A stretch of 64,000 bases of DNA, taken from positions 524,851 to 588,850 of the forward strand of contig NMRA01000247.1 in the NCBI GenBank assembly GCA_002633005.1. The letters run 5' to 3'. The notes below the pieces were generated by a model, which was given only the letters and a program-made list of their open reading frames with translations, ran no database searches and was not told the DNA's origin. The stretch is from Phoronis australis. Lineage: Eukaryota > Animalia > Phoronida. Positions within the stretch are counted from its first letter, which is position 1. Each line of letters begins with the position of its first letter. Below, in pieces: positions 39,082 through 51,000 of this stretch. Both the position numbers and the translations under genes were made by a program.

Positions 39082-42000
39082 TTACACGGGACTTTCTGTA
39101 ACAAAAAAATCTTGGTATTGGCAAGATAGAACAATGTAAATACACCAACAATTAGCATCAATTCACACAAAACAAAAGATAAGTGGGATTGCTAGATCAT
39201 CACAATAATTTATCATTACATGCAAGGTCTTCACATTTACCAACTGAAGTAAGAACACAGTGTATGGAACAACTAAAATTTGTCACGCAACATTACGGCA
39301 TTGTAATCACAGTGCGATTGATTCTCTCTTAAGAGTTTGGTAATAATTATTACACACTTACAAGTAACTTTAACTCAGTTACACTAAACAAGATTTTCAA
39401 GCACTCAACTTATTTACTCTTTTTTCCCATTCAGTGGCAACAGACATACAACCCAACATGAGAATGAAAGTGTTCTATCGGGCAAAGCAGCTAATGCATC
39501 TCACTATAGTTTAACATGCAACACAACCTTACCTCTACAAAGACCTAGACGACTATCCTGAGTATTCTCAACTTGAACTGGACTCTCTAAAAATTACAAA
39601 ACTATGATTAGCAGAAAAAAAAAAACAAATATGCAAATATTTGATGGCTTATTTATAAAATCATGGTTTTAACACGCTTAACCACCTGCTTAGGCGAGAC
39701 ATCTGGGCCCAGTCTCTAATCTTTTTACTCGAAATGGAACTCGAAATTAGGTTTGGCATTTTCTACTCTACTTTTGGGCGAACTTAAGATAAGTTCGAGC
39801 TTGAACTCGAAATTTCGAGTTTTTACTCGAGTTTGTAGCACGAATATAAGGGTCTTCAAGGGCAAACTTGAACTAGAAACTCCTATGCATAAACTATAAT
39901 GTATTCGAGCACAGTCTGATAACCAATTATCTTAAGTTTGCACAAAAGGAGCAGAAAAATTGCCAAAAATAGTTTCGAGTTTGTTTCGAGTACAAAGATT
40001 AGAGACCGGGCCATGGGAGCAATCACACGAGACACATTTATGTTCATACACCATGGGCTAGTGTTTTCTGTTACAATCAAACTTACCTGTTAAAAGAAGG
40101 ACCATTTGCAAGAAAAGTTTATCAAGTCACTGTCAACCAGAGTACATACATACCAAACTTCTGTTAGAGCTGCACCACATTGAAAATCATACTTCATAAG
40201 TGCTCTCCTGACACAACTGCACTCTGTGACAGCTAAACCAACTCTAACTAAGTATTTGGATATTTGAATAGGCAGTGAAAACTTTTGTTGCAAATTCTTT
40301 GATGCTATTAAGGGAACATGTTTAGTCATTCAAATTGGGTGATTACCTCTATTGTCTTATCTCGTACTACTGCAGATGAACCAATTATCTTAAATTGTTT
40401 TCTTTTGCCAAAAAACAGAGGAAAATAATAAAAATTTCCACCAGAGGGCAGGAACTTTGTCGAACGAGTTCAAAATTGGGATGGTGCTGTCATCATGTGA
40501 ACGGAAATATAATTGACAAATTTCGTAAAAATCTATCAAGAAATTGGGAAAATATAAACATAAGAAACTAAAATAGCCACTGGGGCCACACCAGAAGATG
40601 GATCCTTCCAAAAATTGCTGTCATCTAATGTCAATTTCATAGGGAAACACACACTTAACTTCATTAAGCAGTTTAGGAGATACAGAAGTGGGCGCTGGAC
40701 AGAGATGACAGTAATATGCACCCACATGTGTAACAAATGTGTATAACAAGAGCAACGCGGAGCGTTGAAATGCATCCACGTATGCATCGCAAACGGTGTG
40801 CTCTTAGGGCTTTTTATTTGTGCCATAAAAATGGCCACTAGATGGCACAAAAACGTACAATTCATCCAAAAATGGGAACATGCCATAGCTTCATTAATAG
40901 AAAGCTATTCCCAAATTTCACAGAAATCTGTCACGGAAATTCAGAGAAACAGAAGAAAACAGAATAAAATGAAATTGCCACTATAGGGGGCACAGCGTTC
41001 ATTGGATTCGCCTGAAAGTCGTCATTGTCTGTTGTTGATTTCATATAAATACACTTACTAAATTTAATAAAGATCAAGCAGTGGGTTTAGGAGATGCAGC
41101 CATGGGCGCAAAACAAAACAAAACTTCCATTGGAGACACCCCAGTAGACAAAGTCGTCATCATCATCCATCCTCTTCACACAGAGAACATAAACGCCAAT
41201 TTTCAAAACCATCATTAGAATGATTTGGTTGATAGAGGGGTGGACGCAAAAAAACAGACTCGAAAACAGCAAAAATGGTCACTAGGTGGCACAAAATACC
41301 TTGATTCCATCCAAAAACCGAAGAATAGCGTCATCTCACTAACAGATGCATGTATTCAATATTTTATGAAAATCTGCTGAGGACCCTTGAAGATACAGAG
41401 GTAAATGTAAAATATAAAATTGCCACCAGGGGCCACACCAGTAGTCAGATCTGTCCGAAAGTCGTCGTTCTTTGTCAACATCATACAAATACACTTATTA
41501 AATTTAGTAAATATCCTCCAAACGGTTTAAGAGATACAGCCATGGGCGCAAAAAAACAAAACTGCCACTAGGAAGCGCCATAGTAGCTGAAGTCATCGGA
41601 AAATCATCGTCAGTCGTCCACTTCATAGTAAAACATACATGCCAATTTTCACAATTATCCTGAAAGCGATTTGGTTGATAGAGGAGTGGACGCCAAAAAA
41701 CAGACTCGAAAATGGTAAAAATGTCCACTAGGTGGCGCAAACTAAGTCAAATCCATCTGAAAACGGAAAGATAGCGTCACCACACTAACAGAAGCTGTAC
41801 GCCAAATTTTTTGAAAATACGTAGAGTACCTGTATGAAGATACAGGGGTTAAAGTAAAAAAAATAAAATTACCACCAGGGGGCACACCAGTAATCAAATC
41901 CGTCCGAAAGTTGACGTCATCCCTTGTCAACATCATATAAATTCGCCTACTAAATTTAGTAAAGACCCTGCAACTGGTTTAGGAGATACAGCCATAACCG

Positions 42001-45000
42001 CAACAAAACAAAACTGTCACTAGGAGGCGCCACAGTAGTCGAAATCATATAAATATGTGGGCGCATAAAAATGACGTTAAAGGCGAAGGCAACCTTTTTT
42101 CATGTCACTTTCAGCAAAAAATAAGGTCTTTTGATTAACCCAGATATATTTTTCACTTAATTACAGGTTTTAGTAATTTAAGTAATTTCTCGTCCTCTAC
42201 AACTATGGAAGTGACACTTTAGGAGGCAAGAATTTCACGCCAATTTCTTTTCATACAATCAGACTTTGAGAGCTGTCGAGTCAGTCATTGTTCTACCTCG
42301 GATGTGGTAAGTTTGGTCGTCGTTTGCTTTTGTTTACGAGTCAGTCAACATGCCGCACTGTTGCTGTGTACCAGGATGTAGGCCTACTCATTATCGTCTC
42401 ACGCGCGCTTTGGGTACCTTGCATCGCTTTCCGAAGGATGACCCACTTCGCCGTACTTGGCTAGCTCGTTCGTGTGAAGAACGCAGCGCTACCCGTTCAC
42501 GCAAAGTACAAAGCAGTGGCAAGCATTTTCAGTCATCAGACTATACGACAGAGATATGTACGCTGAATTGATGAAGGTCCCTGCGAAACAACGCCTGAAG
42601 AAGGGTTCCATGCCGTCGCTGTTGATTCCCGGCAGTGCCCCGTCGCCACCCCCGAGAAGTGCGTTTTTGAAGCGAGAAGCCTCGCGAGCTGTGGCCACTA
42701 TAAATAGTGACTCGAGGCACTTCATCTACTGTCACCCATGCCTCCGAACGTACCCCATAGCATGCAATTCCAGGAACTAGCAGTGATTCCCCATGTGCTG
42801 TTGTCTCTAGCCCAGAGCCTATAAGCAGCCCTGCAGCGATGATGAGCAGTGGGAGTGAATACAGGCCCAGTTTGACACCCAGTGAAAAGGACACTTCGTC
42901 ATCCATTGAACACATCGGTGAGCCTAAGTTTGACAAGTTTATTGTGGACTTGTATTGGAGCTACTTAGAAGGTGCCACGTGTGTGACGAGGGAGTCACAC
43001 GGCGGGATGTAAGCAGTTTGGGTGCTCAAGTCACCATCCTTTGGGAATGTGTCGCGGGACACTCGGGCAAGTGGGACACAGTTCTTCCTCTGTACGTGAG
43101 ACGATAATGAGTACTTCTCGGTAGGCAGCAACAGCGTGGCATGTTGACTGACTCGTAAACAAAAGCAAACGACGACCTAACTTATCACAACCGAGGTAGA
43201 ACAATGACTGACTCAACTGCCCTCACAGTCAGACTGTATGAAAAGAAATTGGCGCGAAATTATTGCCTCCCAAAACGTCACTTCCGGAGTAGACGACGAG
43301 TAATTGATTAAATTACGAAAACCTGTAAATATGTGAAAAATATGTCTGGGATAATCAATGAACCCATTTTGCTAAAAATGACATAAAAAAGGTTGCCTTT
43401 GCTTTTAAGTCTTGAAATGGAATGTATGGCTTGACATCCCTCAGTGTTGCAGCCAACGACCAGCAATGTAATTTAACAGAAAAAGGGTGTGCCGGTTGTA
43501 GCTGATTTGCTATGTACTGCTAGTTCAACACCAAAAAATATTTTGAGTTTTTGAAGATACAGTCTCAGTGAAGTTAACTCTTTGGTGGATGAAACATGAT
43601 GAAAATGAAAAGCGCTCAGAGGAGTGACAATTAATTGGCAAAATAGAATGAAAAACTTACAAATGAAGTCAAATTTCAAAGTTACAAAAGACAACAAAAA
43701 AGCCGCTGGGGTACGACGACAAAGGCACAGCGGTAGTCGGTTCCATCCAATTGTCATCAATGTCCATTGTCAACTTCATATAAATACATTTGCCAAATTT
43801 AATAAAGATCCTGCAGAGGCTTTGAGGAACACAGCCATTAATGCAAAACGCTACCACTAGTAGTCAGAGTGGTCACTAACTCATCATCAGCCACCATCTT
43901 CACAGTAGAAACATAAACGCCTATTTTCTCATCCTTAGAGTGGTTTGGTTGATAAGAGCGGCCATTCCCCAGAAAAGAGTAACAGTGAAAATGGCCATTA
44001 TATGGTGCAAAATAGTCAAATCCATCCCAAAATGGCAACATGTCATAGTTTCTTTAATAGAAAGCTATTTACTAAAATTTCTCAAGGAACTTCAGAGCAA
44101 CCGGAAAACGGAAAAAAATGAAATTGCCACTAGGAGGCACAGCATTCGCCCAATCTGTCTAAGAGTTGGTGTAGTCCCTTGTCAACTTCATATAGATATG
44201 CTAAATTTGATAAAGATCCTGCAGTGGGTTTAGGAGATACAGCTATGGGTGCAAAAAACAAAACTGTCACTAGGAAACGCTACAGCAGTACAAGTCCAAA
44301 AATCATCATCAACCATCACACTGAGAGCATACATGCCAATTTTCACGATCATTTTTAGAGTGGTTTGGTTGATAGAGGGGCAGACGCTAAAAACACTCGA
44401 AACCAGTAAAAATAGCCACTAGATGGCAAAAATTATATCGAATCCATCCAAAAGCAGCAACATGTCATCGTCTCTTTAATAGAAAGCTATCTACCAAATT
44501 TCATAAAAATCTGTCAAGGAAATGAGAAAAAGAGGAAAATGGAAAAAAATGAAATTGCCCCTAGGGAGCACCGCCTTTGCCGAATCTGTTTGAAGTTGTC
44601 ATCGCCCATTGTCAACTTAATATATAATTATGCACTTGCTAAATTTAATAGAGATCCTGCAGTGGATTTATGAGATACAGCTACGGGTACAACAAAAACT
44701 GCCACAAGGAGGTAAGGAGGTGCCACAGTAGTCAAAGTCGTCGAAAAATCATCACCAACCGTCCTCTTCACACTAAGAACATACATGCCAATTTCACAAT
44801 GATTTATAGAGGCTTGGACTTGAAAACAGTAANTCGTTTGAAAAATGTTGTTAGCAATCCTCAAAATGAACACATCCAGAATATTTCATGACAATCATTC
44901 AAGCTGTTTAGGCAAACAGAGGCAAACACAAAAATAGACATTATACTAAAATTGTCACTTGGGACACACTGAAATTCCACATTCTCGTGCGGCGCACAAA

Positions 45001-48000
45001 CCGACGTCATTTCTGTGCAACTCTCATGTATTTAGGAAAATTGAAAACAGAGATGTTCTCAGTCAAGTTGCTGTTACCACGGCAACCACAAACGCACCTT
45101 TTCATGTCTGAAAAAGGCGGATCTCCGTGGATTTCATCACAACTGCTCAGTATCGCAGCGGTAAAAACAACAACAGCTGATACGGTCTTCCACCCACTGC
45201 GTACAACCCCAAAACAGAAAAATATTTTTAAAGGGTCTGCTGGTGGTAGCTGATATGCTATGTACTGCTAGTTCAACACCAAAATATTTGGGCATGGCCA
45301 AAATATTTTGAGATTTTGAAGATAAAATCTCAGTGAAGTTAACTCTTTGGATGAAAATTGATGAAAATGAAAAGTGCTCAGAGGAGTGACAATTAATTGG
45401 CAAAATAGAATGAAAAACTTAGAAATGAAGTCAAATTTCAAAGTTACAAAAGGCAACAAAAAAGGCGCTGGGGGACGACGACAAAGGCACAGCGGTAGTC
45501 GGTTCCATCCAATTGTCGTCATTGTCCATTGTCAACTTCATATAAATACAATTGCCAAATCTAATAAAGATCCTGCAGAGGCTTTGAGGAATACAGCCAT
45601 TAATGCAAAACGCTACCACTAGTAGTCAGAGTAGTCACAAACTCATCAGCCACCATCTTCACAGTAGAAACATAAACGCCTATTTCCTCATCCTTAGAGT
45701 GGTTTGATTGATAGAGGGGCCAATGCCAAGAAGAGAGTAACAGTAAAAATGGCCATTATATGGTGCAAAATAGACAAATCCATCCCAAAATGGCAACATG
45801 CCATAGTTTCTTTAAGAGAAAGCTATTTACTAAAATTTCTCAAGGAACTTCAGAGCAACCGGAAAACGGAAAAAAATGAAATTGCCACTAGGAGGCACTG
45901 TGACAGCATTCGCCCAATCTGTCTAAGAGTTGGTGTAGTCCCTTGTCAACTTCATATAGATACATTTGCTAAATTTAATAAAGATCCTGCAGTGGGTTTA
46001 GGAGATACAGCTATGGGTGCAAAAAACAAAACTGTCACTAGGAAACGCCACAGCAGTCCAAGTCGTCGAAAAATCATCATCAACCATCACACTGAGAGCA
46101 TACATGCCAATTTTCACGATCATTTTTAGAGTGGTTTGGTTGATAGAGGGGCAGACGCTAAAAACACTCGAAACCAGTAAAAATAGCCACTAGATGGCAA
46201 AAAATATATCGAATCCATACGAAAGCATCAACATGTCATCGTCTCTTTAATAGAAAGCTATCTACCAAATTTCATAAAAATCTGTCAAGGAAATGAGAAA
46301 AAGAGGAAAATGGAAAAAAATGAAATTGCCACTAGGGAGCACAGCCTTTGCCGGATCTGTTTGAAGTTGTCATCGCCTGTTGTCAACTTAATATATATGC
46401 ACTTGCTAAATTTAATATAGATCCTGCAGTGGACTTATGAGATACAGCTATGGGTACAACAAAAACTGCCACAAGGAGGTGCCACAATAGTCAAAGTCGT
46501 TGAAAAATCATCACCAGCCGCCTTCTTCACACTAAGAACATATATGCCAATTTCATAATCATCCTTAGAGTGGTTTGGTTTATAGAGGTGTGGACTTGAA
46601 AACTGTAAAAAATGGCCACAAGGCGAGGCATGCGAAATCCATTTATTTAAGACAACCCTTACTTGCCGGAGGACACGTTTGAATCCTCTGCAGCAAATGT
46701 TCGTAATATTCAGTTAATTTTATCTGCTCAACACTTGAAAAGTCTTTGTTGAGAACAAAATGGCCACTAGGAGGTGCTACAATGGTCAAATCTGTCCGAA
46801 AAATTTAACAGTGCCATCGCACAGTCACCACATACCTCTGGGTCAACAACTTTCCTTGAAATTCTTCAATCAGTTCTACATATCATCCAGAAATGCTTTC
46901 ACACAAAAATGGCCACTAGGAGGTGCAAAATACCTCCAATACATCCGAAAATGGGAGGATAGCTTCATCTCAGTAATAGATTTCCACATACCAAATTTTA
47001 TGGAAGTAAACATAAAAAACTCATGAAAGTTCTTCCACAATTTCCAAAATTTTGTTCCTGGCCTTCTTGTTATTATTTGCCGTTTAATTATAACAATTTG
47101 CTTAAATTCCAAAAAGTTCCATCTCAACAGCAAATAGAAAATCAGTCCAGACATGTCAGTGGCGAAGAAATGCCCGATTGGACGTTGCTATTTACAGAAC
47201 TACCCTGAATACCAGAGAAACTTGGATTCATATAGAGGTATCAAAGCTGTCTTGAATAACTAAAGACTTGGAGAAATGTTCTTTCGCCAACTAAAAAAAC
47301 AAACTCACTTGCATCCCTTGCGTCTTCTCCATTTTCAGGAACAGCTTAAAAATAAAAAATAAGGAAGTCAATAAAAATCAAACACTAAATGACCCACAAG
47401 AAATACAACAAGAGTGAAGCAAACCGTTAAGTTACGATCCTACTGTGTGCATGGCAAACAGCAGACAAGGCCACCCATTGCGTACAACCCCAAAACAGAA
47501 AAATATTTTAAAAAAGTTTTGGCTTGTTTTAGCAACAGGTATACTAAAGGGTATCAAATCTCTTGAGACGAATTAATTTAATTTCTTTTTGAGATACAGA
47601 GTCATGGTGGGAACTCTTTAAGATCCACACACCCTCATATTATCTGCAAGGCCCAAGAAAAATGGCGTCTGAAGTTGTGGACATGGTGTCCAGACTTACT
47701 AAGCTATCTTTCGGAAAAAGAATTTTTGTTGCACTAAAAGTTATAATAAATAGTTAATTAGCAGGCATCTTAATCAATAACCCCATGCAGTTTCATGTTG
47801 CATCATTTTAATTTGATTGGCGATTTGAATGAAATAAACTTGTAACAGATGTTGCGTTCAAAATTTTAAATAAATGAATTTTGGGGTCCTCGTTTGGATC
47901 CCCAGGGACAAAACCCCAGGATTGTGCAACTCAGGACACCCCTTTCCTTCAATGGTAGTTCGATTTACAATAAAATTTTCACTCGCATCTTTTGCACTCA

Positions 48001-51000
48001 AAAGTGAGCATGGTTAAAGTCCTACTGGCTCTCCAGTTACATAGTCTTTTGGTTAGCATCGCTTGTGCTGGAGGAAGTCCTTCGTGAGTTTCATCTGATT
48101 ATCTAAAAGAGCTACTCACTACTCCAAAACATAACTTAGACAGAAATTTTAGAACAGCGAGAAAAAAAGGAGGAAATATTAGAAATTTCAGGAAAAAAGT
48201 AGGAAAAGTAGAAATGCTTGAAAGCCTGCAATGAGCTTAGATAATTGAAGGAACATCTTAAGCCAGGCACTATAGTCATTGTACACGAGGATTACAGTGA
48301 AAACTATTCTATCAAAAAACAAGAAATCATTGTCTGCCCATTGCTGTGTTGAACAAGTTACATTGTTCAGTGTCATTGTCTACTATCGTGAAGTTCTTGG
48401 AGGTGACTTGAGACTTAACTAAGAGCTATGTGTTGTTCAGATAGGTCAATACAACACAAGGAAAGTGTATAATGGTACAAGCACAGACTGGAATTTCAAT
48501 GCCACAGCATTAGGCAAAGGACCTCTATTGATGGAGGGAAGCGCTAAAATGAAACCTAGTCGTGCATAATGCAAAACAGTTTGCCACTGCTGCAGATGAG
48601 CTGAATGAAAACACATTCGTAATGCTCATGGAACAGCTGTAATTCGGCGCTCCATATTTGTAAAAGAAAGAAGGGTTAACTGCAAGTCTGTCACAGGAAA
48701 AAATTCAGAGTTTTGGGATCGTACTGTCGTTCTTGATGTGCATCGGGTAAAACAGAATTGCAATGATCCTCAAGATAACATCCATATGGCAACCAGAGAA
48801 TGCACTTAAACTAGTTAGTGAGGATTTTGTTGTTGTTTATGGGAATTATAGATCTACTACATGATATCTAGGTCAAGTTATGGGAATTATAGATCTACTA
48901 CATGATATCTAGGTCAAGTTATGGCCGGGAATTATAGATCTACTACATGATATCTAGGTCAAGTTATGGGAATTATAGATGTACTACATGATAACTAGGT
49001 CATATGTTATAAAAACTGACGAGACTTTCAATGAGTACGAAGTGTCCTTTATGCATATGCAAAATGACAATGATTCTGAGTTCATATTTCCTGAAAAATA
49101 GATGCTTCAAGGTAAAAAGATAACAAAGCAAACGACTTGCGAAGAACTCAGGTGTAGATAACCACCACAGGTAAATCTTCAGTGAGTCATTACTGTGACT
49201 AACTAAAGAATTCAATTAGATATTATGTAAGTACAATATATGGCTGGCTTTAAGACATATTAAAACTTTGATTGTTTCAATAAATATTGGTTTATGTTTC
49301 CCAAAAATGTCATTATTGTCATATAAGCTGTACGATAAAAGATCGACTGCACGATTCTTTTCTCTTAAAGACAACAGTAAAATTACTATTTTATTATTTC
49401 AAGTGTAAACTAGAGTCTGTAAAATTTTCATAACAGCCACATCTGGCAGGACACCAAGGTACATATTAATTAAAATATTTCAGTTACTCTCTTCAAAGCT
49501 AGTTCAAATCACTTGTTATAGCAACGTATACAGAAGTAAAGTTGATGCATCTAAGTTATAAATTTTTGAAATAGAATCACTTTGCGTTGTTTTTGATAAA
49601 CCCATGTCCACAGGTAGGATTTTTAATTCTTGTGTTTTGCATGTATCTAATTATAACATTAATTGTTTTGTTTGCTATACTTAAGAAGATACATATACAT
49701 TACATCCCTGTGTAAAAACCTGAATAATTCTAGCAATATTTTTTACACAAGGAAAACGTCAACATGTCATGTCCAGCAGGAAATCAGTAAAATGAAATGG
49801 CCCTGCGTAGTCTAAGATCCAAGATTGTGGATCAGCCATCTAACCAGAGCTTAAATGTGAAATTCTGGATCATCCATCCCACAAAAACGTACATGAGAAA
49901 TTCTGGATCAGACATATGAGAGAACTTACATGTGGAATTATGAATCAGGCACTTGGAGAGAACTTGCATGAGAAAATGTGGATTAGGATCTGATGAGAAC
50001 TTACTTGTGAAATCATTAGCATCAGACATCTGATCGGAGACAGGTAAACGGTGTATTTAAGAATAACACATTTTACATTGCATGTCTTACAACATACCCC
50101 TTTGCTTCTGTTTACAACGTCTCCTGATATGACGTACCACTCCAAACACAAGAACTAGTAGCAACAAAGCCACCGCCACTACAAAATACAAATAATATAT
50201 GATTGAGGAAGTTGTGTAATAAAAGAACTAAACGCACAAGCATTGGCCTTCATCAGTGCTACAGGATACTTATTTTTAGTGCCATTTAGTTTGTTCATCT
50301 CACTTTCAGATTATTTACAAAGTTCACAGTCATCTCTTCGCTAGTCAGCCGATGCTGGGACGATCGTCAATAGTCACAATTTGTGATTGTCGACAGTATT
50401 TTCACATCAGTAGCAGTACCGAGTATATGTTGCAGAACAGAATTATTTTAAGAAGGCTCCTTTTCAGGTGTCGAGACAAGGCCATGCCCCTAGGGAGGAG
50501 CACATGACGAAAAGGGCTATTGTCGATATTTTATTTTGAGGACCTGAAGAAAAGGACTTTGTGTCGCCATTTTTTCAAAAAGTTTAATTACAATTAAAGC
50601 TACGGACCTTCTCTAACAGTATCAATGCTTGGCTTGGGAAGGACATTGTGGCAAACAATGCAAATTTCCATATTTTTACTAACTTCATCAGCAATTTAAC
50701 TGGACTCCACAGCCAAACGAGAGTATGACAATCCTGGATATATTGAGAAAGGTATACTTGCAAAGATATACCTAGGTCTCAAAACCCCAGTCGCCAGCCA
50801 TTAAATCATGTAGCTCTTCCCAAACTTAAGTCACCCACCCGTTTCGTGTCGGTCACAACAGAAAACTGGCGGTCACGAATTCAAGAACTACCAGAAAAAC
50901 GGCAAAATTAAGCACGTCTGTAATTCTGGGATTAATGTCAGGTATGATACAACCTTATGTTTCAATATGCCTCTAATACTCTTGACACGTCACCAGTCAA

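Noticed and set aside
42350-42780. Host THAP-domain gene
   Set aside because: Frameshifted, lacks the third conserved Cys, and is enclosed by TIRs and a TTAA TSD.
33796-47154. Many hydrophobic or basic ORFs of 60-146 aa in the track
   Set aside because: They are translations of non-coding HINE repeat monomers, and frames are not conserved between copies.
48837-49002. CRISPR-like array
   Set aside because: Contiguous tandem copies with no spacers.
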